The notes under the pieces: model-generated
The model's database searches: none
Told to the model about the DNA's origin: nothing
What the model saw: only the letters and a program-made list of their open reading frames with translations
Translations under genes and position numbers: made by a program
Shown here: piece by piece, positions 29,713 through 40,216 of the stretch
How positions within the stretch are numbered: the first letter of the stretch is position 1
Layout: each line of letters starts with the position of its first letter
From: Deinococcales bacterium
GTDB taxonomy: Bacteria; Deinococcota; Deinococci; Deinococcales; JAAFIG01
Length of the DNA: 64,000 nt
Assembly: GCA_043778225.1 (NCBI GenBank)
Contig: JAYWGM010000063.1
Location: forward strand, 17,107 to 81,106
Direction: 5' to 3'

Positions 29713-31197
29713 TTACTTGCCAATCAGGTTATCAAACCCAAACAGGTAATGCTGGGTATTGCGGTTTTTGCTGCTCATTTCTTTGGCTGTGCCTATTTCG
29801 ATGCGCTCTTTGACATCGGTGCTGACTAAACCAATTTCTTCGCCAGATTTTTGTGGGGCAGTTAAGCGCAAAGTCTTGACTCCGAGTATTGGCTCACTGC
29901 TTTGGGCGGAAGCCGCAAGGTTCGTGCTTTCGTGTGGAAATTTGTAATTGCTGGGGTCGCGCCACTCGCCTACTACATTTGTGCCAAGCGGATAAATCCA
30001 ACCAGCCACATATAACCTGTTGCCATAAGCTGCGATTCCCATCGTGTGATCCATTGCTACGACATCTTGTTGCGTGCCAGTAAAATGAAACAGTTCGCGC
30101 TCGAGTTTTCCATCGAAGTTGTATTGTAGTAAGGCACTGTCGCCAAACTGATAATCGGCTTGGGTGTACTCTTGGAAACCAACTCGCCCACCAAGATAAA
30201 CTTTATCGCCAATTACGCGCACCACTCGAGCGTTGTTGCGGTCATTGCGAACTCCAGCGTTATAGCGCCGCCCCCAGAGAACTTTGCCATTGGGGTCGAG
30301 CTTAAAAAGCTCGAGATAGGTTTGTGTGCCGTGGACATCGCTGGCGGCGTACAGATTGCCATTGGCATCCAAGTCAAGGTCGGAAATCGTGCTGCCACGG
30401 GTTTCTTGGGGCATTTCTTTTGCCCATAAAAACTCGAGTTTATCGTTGGCTACACCAAGTTTTAGGATTTGTCCGCGACCTGTGCGTCCGTTCCAACCGC
30501 CTAAATAAATGGTTGTTCCAGCTGGATTTGCCACTAAGCTAAATACGCGGTCATTGCTGCCGGGCGTTGGGTCTATGGTCAAGGCATCGAGTTGATTGCC
30601 GTTGTTTGCGTCCAGAATACTGACCAGAATTTGGGCTTCGTCGCCAGCATCGCCGCCGCCACCCGCAACATAGACTCGGTTGCCAACTACGGTCACACTC
30701 GAGGCATTGGTTGTGCCGTTGGCTTGATTTTTCCAATGTGGTCGCCAAGCTTTGCTCCATAGTATCTCGCCGTTGGCAGACAGTTTAACCACAATTTGTG
30801 TCTGTGGTTCGGCATTGATTTTCCAAGCGGCTCGAGCCACCACATAGACACTGTTTTGGGCATCGGTGGCAATTGCACGGCTGGTTGCCCCATGGTCGCC
30901 ATCAATGTAGCGCATTGGGGAGTCTAAGCCGGGTGTGCCAATGTTTTTTGCCCAGAGCAGTTCGCCGGTGGGCGATAATTTACTGACCAATAAATCGCCG
31001 TAATACGAATCCACAAAACTTTTGGAAACCCCAACCGTCAGGGCATTGCCGCTCGAGTCTAACGCTAAGCCGTTCAGGACATCCGAGCTATTGCCGCCCC
31101 AGACGCGCTCAAGGCTTGGTTTTAGGGTGGTGGTTTGAGCAAAAGCAAAGATACATAGTCCAATGGCGAGGGTGGTGGTTTGAATAATTTTTTTCAT
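29713..31197 (-). CDS. Secreted beta-propeller (SBBP-like repeat) protein
   Basis: Signal peptide; repeated LALDSSGN / KLSPTGELLW / KLDPNGKVLW motifs. Confidence 0.75.
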   Translation of the reverse strand: MKKIIQTTTLAIGLCIFAFAQTTTLKPSLERVWGGNSSDVLNGLALDSSGNALTVGVSKSFVDSYYGDLLVSKLSPTGELLWAKNIGTPGLDSPMRYIDGDHGATSRAIATDAQNSVYVVARAAWKINAEPQTQIVVKLSANGEILWSKAWRPHWKNQANGTTNASSVTVVGNRVYVAGGGGDAGDEAQILVSILDANNGNQLDALTIDPTPGSNDRVFSLVANPAGTTIYLGGWNGRTGRGQILKLGVANDKLEFLWAKEMPQETRGSTISDLDLDANGNLYAASDVHGTQTYLELFKLDPNGKVLWGRRYNAGVRNDRNNARVVRVIGDKVYLGGRVGFQEYTQADYQFGDSALLQYNFDGKLERELFHFTGTQQDVVAMDHTMGIAAYGNRLYVAGWIYPLGTNVVGEWRDPSNYKFPHESTNLAASAQSSEPILGVKTLRLTAPQKSGEEIGLVSTDVKERIEIGTAKEMSSKNRNTQHYLFGFDNLIGK

Positions 31198-31241
31198 GTT
31201 TCCTCCGACCTCAAGTATCGGGGAATGGTGTTATGTGGGTG

Positions 31242-34043
31242 TTATGCCAAGGCTGAAAACGGCAGGATTTCCTCGAGTGAATCAATCTGGATTTGGTCAG
31301 TTGGACTGACCTCGAGTGTCTCGAGTAACTGCTCGAGCAATTGCCGTTCTCGAGGGGCGGGTTGGCGTTTTAGAACCAATTGTGCAATCTGCCAAGCCAG
31401 TCGGTGCTGCCCACCTTGGGCTTGGAGTTCGGCAAGGGCAACCAGTGTTAAATTGGTTTGCGGGGCGGCTTCTAAGTGCATTGCCACCCGCAAACTTTGC
31501 TGCATTGCGGTTGTGGCTGCCTCGAGTTGCCCAAGGTCGCGCAGTGTTAAACCCATGCCACGCAAGGCAATCACTTCAACATAGCCATGTCCCATACGTC
31601 GGCAACGCTCCAAGGTATCGGTAAAACCCGTCAGGGCTTGGGGCAAGCGTTGCTCGCGGCGGTCTAAATCAGCCAGTTGGCTACGAACCAAGGTTTCGCC
31701 AAATTGGTCGCCAATGTCCTTGGCTAAATCCAGACAAGCCACAAATAATTGTCTGGCAGCCAACAGTTGCCCAAGGTTTTTTTGGGCATCGCCAAGGTTG
31801 AGTTGAGCAATAAACATGGCTCGAGGCTGGGCGCTTGGTCGTCGTAGCTCGAGACTTTCGCGGTGGTACTGCACGGCTTTTTCGGCATGACCACTGTTTA
31901 AGGACACCAACCCAAGCGAATTGAGAACTCGCGCTGTGGCGTTGGTATCGCCAAGTTGTCGAAAAATCTTGAGGGCTGCTTCAAATTGGATTGTGGCTTT
32001 TGTAAAATCACCAAGTCCTTCAAAAACATTGCCAAGCTGGTACTGACAGCCAGCAATGCCACTTAAATCATCTTGTTGGACATAGATTTGTTGAGCTTGT
32101 TGAAGTGTGTTCTGTACTTTTTGGTAGTAGCCCAGACGAAATTCTGCCCAAGCAGAGCGCATTAAGAGTTTGGCGTGTTCGTCTGGTACTTGTGCAGTAG
32201 CGGCAGCAGTAAAAAGCTGTTGGGCTTCGTAAAACAAGCCGCGTAAATCCAAATAGGTGGACAGCGCAGGACAAGCCATTGCCAGCCATTGGCTTTGTTG
32301 GGTTTGGCAAGCAAAATTCCAAGCCGCACGGATATTCTCGAGTTCAAGGGTAATCCGATTCAGTTGGGTCTTTGGGTCTGCCTCGAGTTTGTTTTCGAGG
32401 CTCGCCAGCCAGTTTAGAAAAAAATGGCTATGGAGCGCTTTGGTTTTTTCTGGCTGCTCAAGATTTTTTTCGGCAGCATGGCGAATCAGTTTAAGCATTG
32501 TGAAACGACCATCTTCGGCTTTTAACAGCGATGCTTTGACCAAAATAGCCAAGTCCTGAAGGCTGACTTCTGCCAATTGTCGAGCCGTTTCACGGTCAAA
32601 ACCACCGACACAAACCGATAGAACACACAGTTTTTTTCTTAATAACGCTGGCAATCTGCGCCAAGAACCCTCAAAGACATTGCGCCAATCAAGTAAACCC
32701 GTATCCTGCTCGAGTTCGTCGGCTAGGGCTTTAAGCGGCAGTGTCCGAGTCCAAGTGGCTGCCAGTTCTAGTGCCAAAGGCATTCCATCGAGTGCCATGA
32801 TAATTCTTTGTATCGCAATTGGGTCTGGTTTTAGGTTTGGATTTTGGCGCTGACTGCGTTCTAAAAAAAGCTGAATTGCCGAGTCTTGGCTTAAACCTTG
32901 CAGTACATAAATTTGCTCGATATTCAGTCCAAGGGCTTGTCTTGAGGTGATTACCATTCGCAAACCTGTCTCGACTAAGGCATTGACCAAGCCAATTTGC
33001 GGCAACAACTGCTCGTAGTTATCGAGCAACAACGTGGTGCTGGGCATTTTTTGGCATATTTGCAAGAGTTGTGTTTTGGCATCCTGATGACCTGCAAAAC
33101 GTACCCCAAGGGCTTGAGCAATTTGGGTCAATAAACCAAGTTCATCAAAAACGTTTTCAAGTCGTACCAAAATAGCATCTGGACAAATGTGTTTGGCTAA
33201 ACGGGTTTTACCAGTTCCGCCAAAGCCAGTCAGGGTCAGTAAACGGGTTTCGGGTTGCTGTAAAATGATGCCTAAGTCTGTAATTTCTTGTTCACGACCA
33301 AAAAAACGTGGTTCTGGAGGTAACATTGTTGGCTGTTGGGGTACAACTTGATATTCGAGGGCTGCCAATAATTCGAGGGTGCGCGGGGCTGGATTGACAC
33401 CAACATCGCGCTGCAAGACGGTTGCAAAGGTTTGAAAGGCTGACATTCCTCGAACATAAAAGCGCCTTGGCTGACTGGCAGCCAATAACAATTGCAAGGT
33501 ATCTTCGGCAAGTGGATCAATTGCTAAAACCCGCTCGAGTAAACCAATTGCCTGTGCCGACTCACCGCGCATTAAATCTTGGTCGGCGGTCTCGAGTGCC
33601 AATGCCCGCCAGCCATACAGCATATCTTGGCGTTCGGCTTCGAGCCACGCCATAAAATCTGGCGCATCGGGTAAATTCCAATCTAAACTTGGCGAAAACT
33701 CGAGAACGCTTAAATCTCGAGTTTTAATTTTGAAGCGCCACTCGAGCCAATCGCACGTTCCGATAAACTCGAGCGGCACCGCACTGCGCGAGTCTGGGGC
33801 TTGACGTGCCAAAGCTACGCCAAATGGCAATTGCCAGACCCGTTGCAACAGTTGGCGTAAATTGCGCCTCGCCTCAAAATCTGGCGAATCTGCCCAAAAT
33901 AAACGGGTCAGTTCTTGGCGCTGGACTGGTCGCGCCTTGAGTGCCAAAAAAATCAGCAGCCCACTGCGTTTGTCTAAGGGTAGGGCATAGCGCTCCGACT
34001 CGAGCCACGCCGCCCCAGACCCCAGCAACTCGAGATGCACCAT
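31242..34043 (-). CDS. AfsR/SARP-type regulator: BTAD + NB-ARC (STAND) + TPR
   Basis: LAIDPLAE (BTAD), FFGREQEI, LTGFGGTGKT, LLLDNYE, LDGMPLALELAA, TPR repeats. Confidence 0.88.
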   Translation of the reverse strand: MVHLELLGSGAAWLESERYALPLDKRSGLLIFLALKARPVQRQELTRLFWADSPDFEARRNLRQLLQRVWQLPFGVALARQAPDSRSAVPLEFIGTCDWLEWRFKIKTRDLSVLEFSPSLDWNLPDAPDFMAWLEAERQDMLYGWRALALETADQDLMRGESAQAIGLLERVLAIDPLAEDTLQLLLAASQPRRFYVRGMSAFQTFATVLQRDVGVNPAPRTLELLAALEYQVVPQQPTMLPPEPRFFGREQEITDLGIILQQPETRLLTLTGFGGTGKTRLAKHICPDAILVRLENVFDELGLLTQIAQALGVRFAGHQDAKTQLLQICQKMPSTTLLLDNYEQLLPQIGLVNALVETGLRMVITSRQALGLNIEQIYVLQGLSQDSAIQLFLERSQRQNPNLKPDPIAIQRIIMALDGMPLALELAATWTRTLPLKALADELEQDTGLLDWRNVFEGSWRRLPALLRKKLCVLSVCVGGFDRETARQLAEVSLQDLAILVKASLLKAEDGRFTMLKLIRHAAEKNLEQPEKTKALHSHFFLNWLASLENKLEADPKTQLNRITLELENIRAAWNFACQTQQSQWLAMACPALSTYLDLRGLFYEAQQLFTAAATAQVPDEHAKLLMRSAWAEFRLGYYQKVQNTLQQAQQIYVQQDDLSGIAGCQYQLGNVFEGLGDFTKATIQFEAALKIFRQLGDTNATARVLNSLGLVSLNSGHAEKAVQYHRESLELRRPSAQPRAMFIAQLNLGDAQKNLGQLLAARQLFVACLDLAKDIGDQFGETLVRSQLADLDRREQRLPQALTGFTDTLERCRRMGHGYVEVIALRGMGLTLRDLGQLEAATTAMQQSLRVAMHLEAAPQTNLTLVALAELQAQGGQHRLAWQIAQLVLKRQPAPRERQLLEQLLETLEVSPTDQIQIDSLEEILPFSALA

Positions 34044-34054
34044 GAGCAATAGTT

Positions 34055-34115
34055 TAGCCCAGTTTTAGCAGCCTGTGGACTAGCCCAGTTTGCCAGCCTG
34101 TGGACTAGCCCAGTT
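34055..34115. repeat. 25/26-bp tandem repeat x2.4 copying the MFS stop codon region
   Basis: TAGCCCAGTTT..CAGCCTGTGGAC units. Confidence 0.9.
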
Positions 34116-35280
34116 CGGCTCGAGGTGGCTCGGGCAGTTTTAAGGTAATAATCCAAGCTGGAATCAGCAACGCAATGGTTGCCAGCATTGCAATTTGCGG
34201 TGTGGTGGCTTCGGCAAGTTCTGCCACCAGTTTATACAGCACCCCAGCCGTTCCCCAACTAAAGCCCATCATCAAGGCGCTGGTGGTGGCGGTTTTTCCG
34301 GGAGCAAATTCTTGGGCAGCCACGACTGCCACTGGAATCGTGGCATTGGCAAGCCCGCCAGTTGCAAAACACAGCAGGTAAAACGGCACAAGCCCAATGC
34401 TCGAGGGACTGACAAAAACAAGCAGCACGAATAATGGAATCAACAGCAACACACTCGAGCGCAGAACCGTTGTCCGCCCAATTTTATCCGAGATTTGCCC
34501 ACCGATAATCCCACCAATCGCGCTGGCTATGGAAAGCATAAACAGCGAACCCGCAATCACCCAGTCAGTTTCTTTATCTTTTAGCACAAATGGCAGCAAG
34601 CTGGCATAGGTCACGGTGCTGAGCGAACGCAGTACCCCCATTGCCCAAAGGCTACGAATCGGACCCTTAAAAAGTTCGACATAATCGCGCCATGCAACGG
34701 GTTTACTCGAGACTCGGCTGCTCGGCGTAACAATAAACGAAATAATGCCCATAACAAAGCCAAGCGGCATCAGATAAACAATGCCTTGTAATCCAAGGGC
34801 GGTGGCGGTTAAGGGTCCCAATGCTAAACCCGCCGTACCACCAGCGCTAAAAATACTGGCGTACAGACCACGTTTCTCGAGTTGCGAGTTTTGGGCAACA
34901 TAGGCTGCCCCACTTGGATGAAAAACTGCGCTGCCGATGCCACCCAGCACAATCAGCATGGCGACTAAAAAAAACGACGGCGCAAACCCCATTAAGGTCA
35001 TGCCGACAGCCGCCAGAATCGGACCCGCTGCCGCCAACCATTTGCGGTCTACACGGTCGCCAAGCGCTCCAAAAAGTGGCTGTGAAACACTGCCAACCAC
35101 CGATAAAATCGCCACCAGTGTACCCGTATCGCCCAAGGTGACATTAAATTTTTCGGTCAGGGCGGGTTGCAAAGGGGTCAGCAAACTGGTGAAATTATCG
35201 TTGATAAAATGGCTGGCGGTCACGACCGCAATGATGGTTGTTCCAGATGCCGCCGCTAATTTGCTACTCGAGGTTTGCAC
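34105..35280 (-). CDS. MFS transporter (Fsr-like)
   Basis: SHFIND, QPLFGALGDR, GSAVFHP; multiple TM helices. Confidence 0.88.
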   Translation of the reverse strand: MQTSSSKLAAASGTTIIAVVTASHFINDNFTSLLTPLQPALTEKFNVTLGDTGTLVAILSVVGSVSQPLFGALGDRVDRKWLAAAGPILAAVGMTLMGFAPSFFLVAMLIVLGGIGSAVFHPSGAAYVAQNSQLEKRGLYASIFSAGGTAGLALGPLTATALGLQGIVYLMPLGFVMGIISFIVTPSSRVSSKPVAWRDYVELFKGPIRSLWAMGVLRSLSTVTYASLLPFVLKDKETDWVIAGSLFMLSIASAIGGIIGGQISDKIGRTTVLRSSVLLLIPLFVLLVFVSPSSIGLVPFYLLCFATGGLANATIPVAVVAAQEFAPGKTATTSALMMGFSWGTAGVLYKLVAELAEATTPQIAMLATIALLIPAWIITLKLPEPPRAELG

Positions 35281-35329
35281 GCCCTTAGTCTAACGCCCAA
35301 GGCTCGAGCCGTGCAGTAAGCCAAAATGC

Positions 35330-36439
35330 TCATTGTATCAAGTGCGCCACATCCACAGCCCGCAATTCTGGGGCTTTTTGCTCGGGCAACACATCCATGG
35401 CGACCAAACCCGCACCGAGTTCTGTGCCAGCCAAGTATTTAAGTTTATCTTTGGTGCGGTATGGCGGGTAAAACTCGAGGTGCAAATGGGCTTCGGGGTG
35501 TGGTTGTCCATCGGTGGGTGCTTGGTGCATGACCATTAAATACGGGAAAATCGGGCGGTTAAGAAACATATGGTCAAATTTTAAGAGCAGCGTTTTTAAG
35601 ACCAGCGCTAAGTCTTTGCGTTCTGCCTCCGATAACTCGAGCAAACTGGCTTTTGGAGCAATCGGCGCAATCCATGTTTCAAACGGGTACCTCGAGAAGG
35701 CTGGGATAAAGGCAACAACTGTATCGGTCTTGACCACAATTCGGGTATCTTCTTCGATTTCGGCAGCAATAATTCCCTCGAGTAAACCCTGACCTGTTTT
35801 GGCGTAATGTGCGGCTTGTAACTCGAGTTCGCGTTTTGGGACGGGTGGCACATGGTCATAAGCATAAATCTGTCCGTGCGGATGGTGCAGTGTCACACCC
35901 ATTTCGACCCCACGATTCTCGAAGGGCATGATGTATTTGATTTGTTCGAGTAAGCCTAACTCGCGGTAACGGTCAGTCCAAACCTCGAGTAAAAGCTCGA
36001 TTTGTGCCAGTGGCAAGCGCCCAAGGCTCGAGTTTGCGTCGTTGTCAAAAACAACAACTTCGCACTTACCAACGCCAGCCGTGGTCGGCACAAGTCCAGC
36101 ATCGAGGGCTGGTGGTGGGTCGTGTGCATCCACCTCGAGACTCGGGAAGCGGTTATCAAACACGGCAATTTCATAATCTCCCACGGGTAATTCTGTAGGG
36201 ATTTTGGGGTTGGTCATACGAGCAAGTGGGTTGTAATCTGGCGGTGGTAAAAACGGACGGCTTTGGCGGTGGGCAGCAAAAGTAATCCATTCACCACGCA
36301 GCGGATGCCAGCGCATATGCGGGTTGCCAACAATCGGGTCGTTGCCCGGACTTGGCGCAATAATCCCATCTGGAATGGGCGTACTCGAGTACAGATGCAG
36401 GGCGCGACCATCTGGCTTGGTTAAGGTTTTCTTATGCAC
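35330..36439 (-). CDS. galT: Galactose-1-phosphate uridylyltransferase
   Basis: RWHPLRGEW, FENRG..MGVTLHHPHGQIY. Confidence 0.92.
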   Translation of the reverse strand: MHKKTLTKPDGRALHLYSSTPIPDGIIAPSPGNDPIVGNPHMRWHPLRGEWITFAAHRQSRPFLPPPDYNPLARMTNPKIPTELPVGDYEIAVFDNRFPSLEVDAHDPPPALDAGLVPTTAGVGKCEVVVFDNDANSSLGRLPLAQIELLLEVWTDRYRELGLLEQIKYIMPFENRGVEMGVTLHHPHGQIYAYDHVPPVPKRELELQAAHYAKTGQGLLEGIIAAEIEEDTRIVVKTDTVVAFIPAFSRYPFETWIAPIAPKASLLELSEAERKDLALVLKTLLLKFDHMFLNRPIFPYLMVMHQAPTDGQPHPEAHLHLEFYPPYRTKDKLKYLAGTELGAGLVAMDVLPEQKAPELRAVDVAHLIQ

Positions 36440-36467
36440 AGCCTATATTGTATCAGGTTGCTGGGAA

Positions 36468-38087
36468 TTACTGCTTTTGCTGCTTGTGTCGTGCCAGAAG
36501 TGCTGTGGTGCTGCTGTCTTGGTTTGGTGGCGCGGCGGCATTCTCGAGTAATTGCGGTGCGATTTTTTGCGCCAAGACCTTGCCAAGTTCTACGCCCCAC
36601 TGGTCAAAGCTATTCACATCCCAAATAATTCCTTGGACAAAAACCTTGTGTTCGTATAAAGCAACCAACGCGCCAAGTGTAAATGGGGTCAGTTCTCGAG
36701 CCAAGATCGTGTTGCTTGGTTTATTGCCAGCAAAAACCTTGTGCGCCACCAGTTCAGGTTTTACGCCATCTGCACTGACTTCTGCTGCGGTTTTACCAAA
36801 CGCCAGTGCTTGAGTTTGGGCAAAGACATTGGCAAGTAAAATTTCGTGGTGGTTAGAAAGTGGATTAAGGCTGCTCGAGAAAGCAATAAAATCGGTTGGA
36901 ATCAGTTTAGAACCCTGATGGATTAGCTGATAAAAAGCGTGTTGTCCATTTGTGCCGGGTTGCCCCCAAATAATCTGCCCAGTTTCATAATCGGTTCTTG
37001 AGCCAGAAAGGGTAGTGGTTTTGCCGTTGCTTTCCATATCGAGTTGCTGCAAATAAGCACTAAAATAGGTCAGGTAATGGTCGTAGGGGAGAACAGCGTG
37101 GCTGGCAGCCCCAAAAAAATTGTTGTACCAAATACCCAGCATCCCTAAAATTACAGGCATATTCTGCTCGAGTGGTGCAGTTCTAAAATGTGTGTCCATG
37201 CTTCTAAAACCCTCGAGCATTGCCAGATAATGTTTTTGTCCAATCGCAATCATTAACGATAAGCCAACCGCCGAGGTTAGGCTGTAGCGTCCGCCAACCC
37301 AATCCCAAAAACCAAACATATTGGCGGGGTCAATGCCAAATTCTGCCACAGCGCTGGCATTGGTACTGACCGCCACAAAATGCCTCGAGACGGCTGAAGG
37401 GTCTTGCAGTGCCGCTAAAGTCCACGCTCGAGCAGAATGGGCATTGGTCATCGTTTCTTGGGTCGTAAAGGTTTTACTGCACACAATAAAAAGCGTTTCT
37501 TCGGGGTTTAAGTCCCTCGTATTCTCAACAAAATCAGTGCTGTCTACATTGGATACAAACCGAAAAACCAACTCACGGCTCGAGTAAAACCCAAGGGCTT
37601 TATACGCCATCACTGGACCTAAATCCGAGCCACCAATACCAATGTTGACAACGTTTTTAATCGGTTTACCGCTATGCCCAAGCCACTTTCCAGCACGGAT
37701 TGAATCAGCAAAATCCGCCATTTTATCCAGCACCGCATAGACCTCTGGAATCACATTTTTGCCGTCTACCAAAACTTTAGCGTCTCGAGTCGCCCGCAAC
37801 GCCGTATGCAATACGGCTCGATGCTCGGTGGTGTTGATTTTTTCGCCGATAAACATCGCTTCGCGTTTTTCCTCGAGACCAGTTGCGCGGGCTAACTCGA
37901 GCAACAAAGTTAGGGTGGTGTTGCTGACCCGATTTTTACTGTAGTCCAAATACAGCCCAGCCGCCTCGAGTGAAAAATCTGTGCCACGACTCGAGTCAGC
38001 CGCAAAAAGCTCTCGCAAATGAGTGTCTTTAATCTCTAAATAATGTTGCTCAAGGGCGTGCCAAGCCGGTAAATCATTCAGTGCCAT
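36468..38087 (-). CDS. pgi: Glucose-6-phosphate isomerase
   Basis: [38 protein letters not shown]. Confidence 0.97.
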   Translation of the reverse strand: MALNDLPAWHALEQHYLEIKDTHLRELFAADSSRGTDFSLEAAGLYLDYSKNRVSNTTLTLLLELARATGLEEKREAMFIGEKINTTEHRAVLHTALRATRDAKVLVDGKNVIPEVYAVLDKMADFADSIRAGKWLGHSGKPIKNVVNIGIGGSDLGPVMAYKALGFYSSRELVFRFVSNVDSTDFVENTRDLNPEETLFIVCSKTFTTQETMTNAHSARAWTLAALQDPSAVSRHFVAVSTNASAVAEFGIDPANMFGFWDWVGGRYSLTSAVGLSLMIAIGQKHYLAMLEGFRSMDTHFRTAPLEQNMPVILGMLGIWYNNFFGAASHAVLPYDHYLTYFSAYLQQLDMESNGKTTTLSGSRTDYETGQIIWGQPGTNGQHAFYQLIHQGSKLIPTDFIAFSSSLNPLSNHHEILLANVFAQTQALAFGKTAAEVSADGVKPELVAHKVFAGNKPSNTILARELTPFTLGALVALYEHKVFVQGIIWDVNSFDQWGVELGKVLAQKIAPQLLENAAAPPNQDSSTTALLARHKQQKQ

Positions 38088-38103
38088 AAAAACCCCTTAT
38101 GAA

Positions 38104-38230
38104 AAAAGGGTCAAACGGTGATGAAACAACCTTTTGACCCATCTTGACCCCACAGATGCACCTCACGGGTTGGGTCGCTTTGACCCTTTGACCCTTTGAC
38201 CCTTTGACCTTTTAACCCTGCCTTTTACCT
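38104..38230. repeat. Octamer TTTGACCC tandem array with an inverted GGGTCAAA copy
   Basis: Five tandem units around 38179-38218 plus scattered copies. Confidence 0.8.
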
Positions 38231-39394
38231 CTGCTCGACGGCAATCCAATGGGCATCGCTCGGACCTGTATAATTGGCTAGAGGACGCAAAATACTGTTT
38301 TTACGGGTAAATTCGATGATGCTGGCTGTCCAACCCGCCACTCGAGACAAGGCAAATATCGGGGTAAAAAACGATTTTGGTAGCCCAAGGTCGGAATAGA
38401 CCACACCGCTATAAAAATCCACATTGGGGTAAATTCCCCTTGAGCCAAGTCGTGCCACGACAATTTCTTCAACTTTTTCGAGGGTGCTGTACGCCACGCT
38501 TTTGCCATGTTTGTTGGCGACCACTTCGGCGTATTCTTTTAAGACACGGCTGCGTGGGTCAAAGAATTTATAGACCGCGTGTCCGACCCCCATAATTTTT
38601 TCTTTTTTCTCGAGCTTGGCGTTGATAAAACTTTCGGCGTTCTCGGGTGTGCCAATTAAAGCCAACATATCCATCACAGCTTCGTTTGCGCCGCCATGCA
38701 GAGGACCTTTGAGGCTGCCAATCGCACTGGTGATGCTCGAGTACATATCCGATAAGGTGCTGGCGGTGGCAATACCGGTAAAGGTACTGGCGTTCATGCC
38801 GTGGTCGGCGTGTAAAATCAGTGCAATATCAAATAACCGCGCTTGCTCGAGGCTAGGCTCGGTGGCATGGAGCATATACAAAAAGTTGGCGGCGTGGCTT
38901 AAATCTAGGCGTGGTGCGACTGGCTCGAGACCCCGTTGTAAGCGAAATAAAGCCGCAATAATCGTGGCGGTCTGGGCGGTCAGGCTCAGGGCTTTCTCGA
39001 GTTTGCCGCTCTCAGAAACATCATCGGCAGTTTGGTCAAACATCGCTAAGCTCGAGATGGCGGTTCGTAAGGCGTGCATTGGGTGCAAGTCTTTTGGGTA
39101 AAGGCGCATTTGCTCGGTCAAACCACTTGGAATTTGGCGGTGGGTTTTGAGGTGGGTATCAAATGCCTCGAGTTCGCTTTGCGTTGGTAGACGGGCATTA
39201 AACAATAAAAATGCAGTTTCTTCGTAAGTGCTGTTCTCGGCAAGTTCTTGAATTGGGATACCAACGTATTTAAGGATTCCTTTTTCGCCATCTATAAATG
39301 AGAGTTTGGATTCGGTAAAAACCACGCCTTTTAATCCGTCCATAACGGCGGGCTTGGTACTAATCGAGACATCTTGAGGGGTGGGTTGGCTCAC
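38225..39394 (-). CDS. gltA: Citrate synthase
   Basis: HADHGMNAST, GPLHGGANE, MGVGHAVYK, YPNVDFYSG. Confidence 0.93.
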   Translation of the reverse strand: MSQPTPQDVSISTKPAVMDGLKGVVFTESKLSFIDGEKGILKYVGIPIQELAENSTYEETAFLLFNARLPTQSELEAFDTHLKTHRQIPSGLTEQMRLYPKDLHPMHALRTAISSLAMFDQTADDVSESGKLEKALSLTAQTATIIAALFRLQRGLEPVAPRLDLSHAANFLYMLHATEPSLEQARLFDIALILHADHGMNASTFTGIATASTLSDMYSSITSAIGSLKGPLHGGANEAVMDMLALIGTPENAESFINAKLEKKEKIMGVGHAVYKFFDPRSRVLKEYAEVVANKHGKSVAYSTLEKVEEIVVARLGSRGIYPNVDFYSGVVYSDLGLPKSFFTPIFALSRVAGWTASIIEFTRKNSILRPLANYTGPSDAHWIAVEQR

Positions 39395-39467
39395 TTTTGC
39401 TCCTTTAAGTTGGTGACTGCTTGTGGGCTATTTTACACCTCGAGCCGTGGCAAATTGTGGGTGTACC

Positions 39468-39515
39468 TTTAGCAGTAAATTGAACGGCAGTTTTAGCAGT
39501 AAATTGAACCGCAGT
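39468..39515. repeat. 24-bp tandem duplication
   Basis: TTTAGCAGTAAATTGAACSGCAGT x2. Confidence 0.9.
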
Positions 39516-39556
39516 TTATCGCGCAACACAAGACGCAAACGTTTGTTATGGGCAAT

Positions 39557-39586
39557 AAAAAAAGGCGAATCCATAATGGATTCGCC
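39557..39586 (-). terminator. Intrinsic terminator after csp
   Basis: GGCGAATCCA-TTA-TGGATTCGCC followed by T7. Confidence 0.9.
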
Positions 39587-39604
39587 CGAAAGAAGTCTGG
39601 TCTA

Positions 39605-39811
39605 TTAAGCGCGGGTAACGTTGGCGGCTTGTGGACCTTTGCCGTTCTTGCCACTCTCGATTTCTAGCTTGACGTTTGTGCCTTCCTCGAGATTACGGTA
39701 GCCATCGCCTTGAATCGCGCTGAAATGCACGAACACGTCGGGTTGTCCTTGGACACTAATGAAACCATAGCCTTTTTCCGCGCTGAACCATTTAACTACA
39801 CCATCAATCAT
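39605..39811 (-). CDS. Cold-shock protein
   Basis: [32 protein letters not shown] before ATG 39811. Confidence 0.95.
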   Translation of the reverse strand: MIDGVVKWFSAEKGYGFISVQGQPDVFVHFSAIQGDGYRNLEEGTNVKLEIESGKNGKGPQAANVTRA

Positions 39812-40019
39812 GAAACTCCTTGCCGCAAACTCTTGCGGATATAACATAAGTGAGGACAACATCTGCTCGAGAATTGACCAAAGCATTTCACTTAGTCGCT
39901 CGCCTCAGAACTCACCTACCCGTACAGTCTAGCTGATTTTTATGAAAAAGGGAAGTGGTTTTGACTACATCAAGACAAAGGGCAAATCCAAGGCTCGCTC
40001 ACCAAGAGGTCTGGTCTAT

Positions 40020-40094
40020 TTAAGTGCGGTTGATGTTCGCGGCTTGTGAACCTTTATCGTTTTTACCGCTCTCAATCTCGAATTTGACTCGAGT
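40020..40094 (-). pseudogene. 3' fragment of a second cold-shock gene
   Basis: TRVKFEIESGKNDKGSQAANINRT* versus [24 protein letters not shown]; same 3' flank TAGACCAGAC; in-frame TGA immediately upstream. Confidence 0.85.
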
Positions 40095-40216
40095 TCACCC
40101 CCGCATTTCACGGGGTGTCTTGAGTAAAAACCTAAATAAGCGAGAAAAATCTGAGCGCGAAATCCTAAACTTCGCCAAAGGTTTAGGTAAGCGATTTTCA
40201 GGATATAATCTTGTTT

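Noticed and set aside
39812..39886. N-terminal extension of csp
   Set aside because: The RBS supports ATG 39811; the region is more likely a long csp 5' UTR
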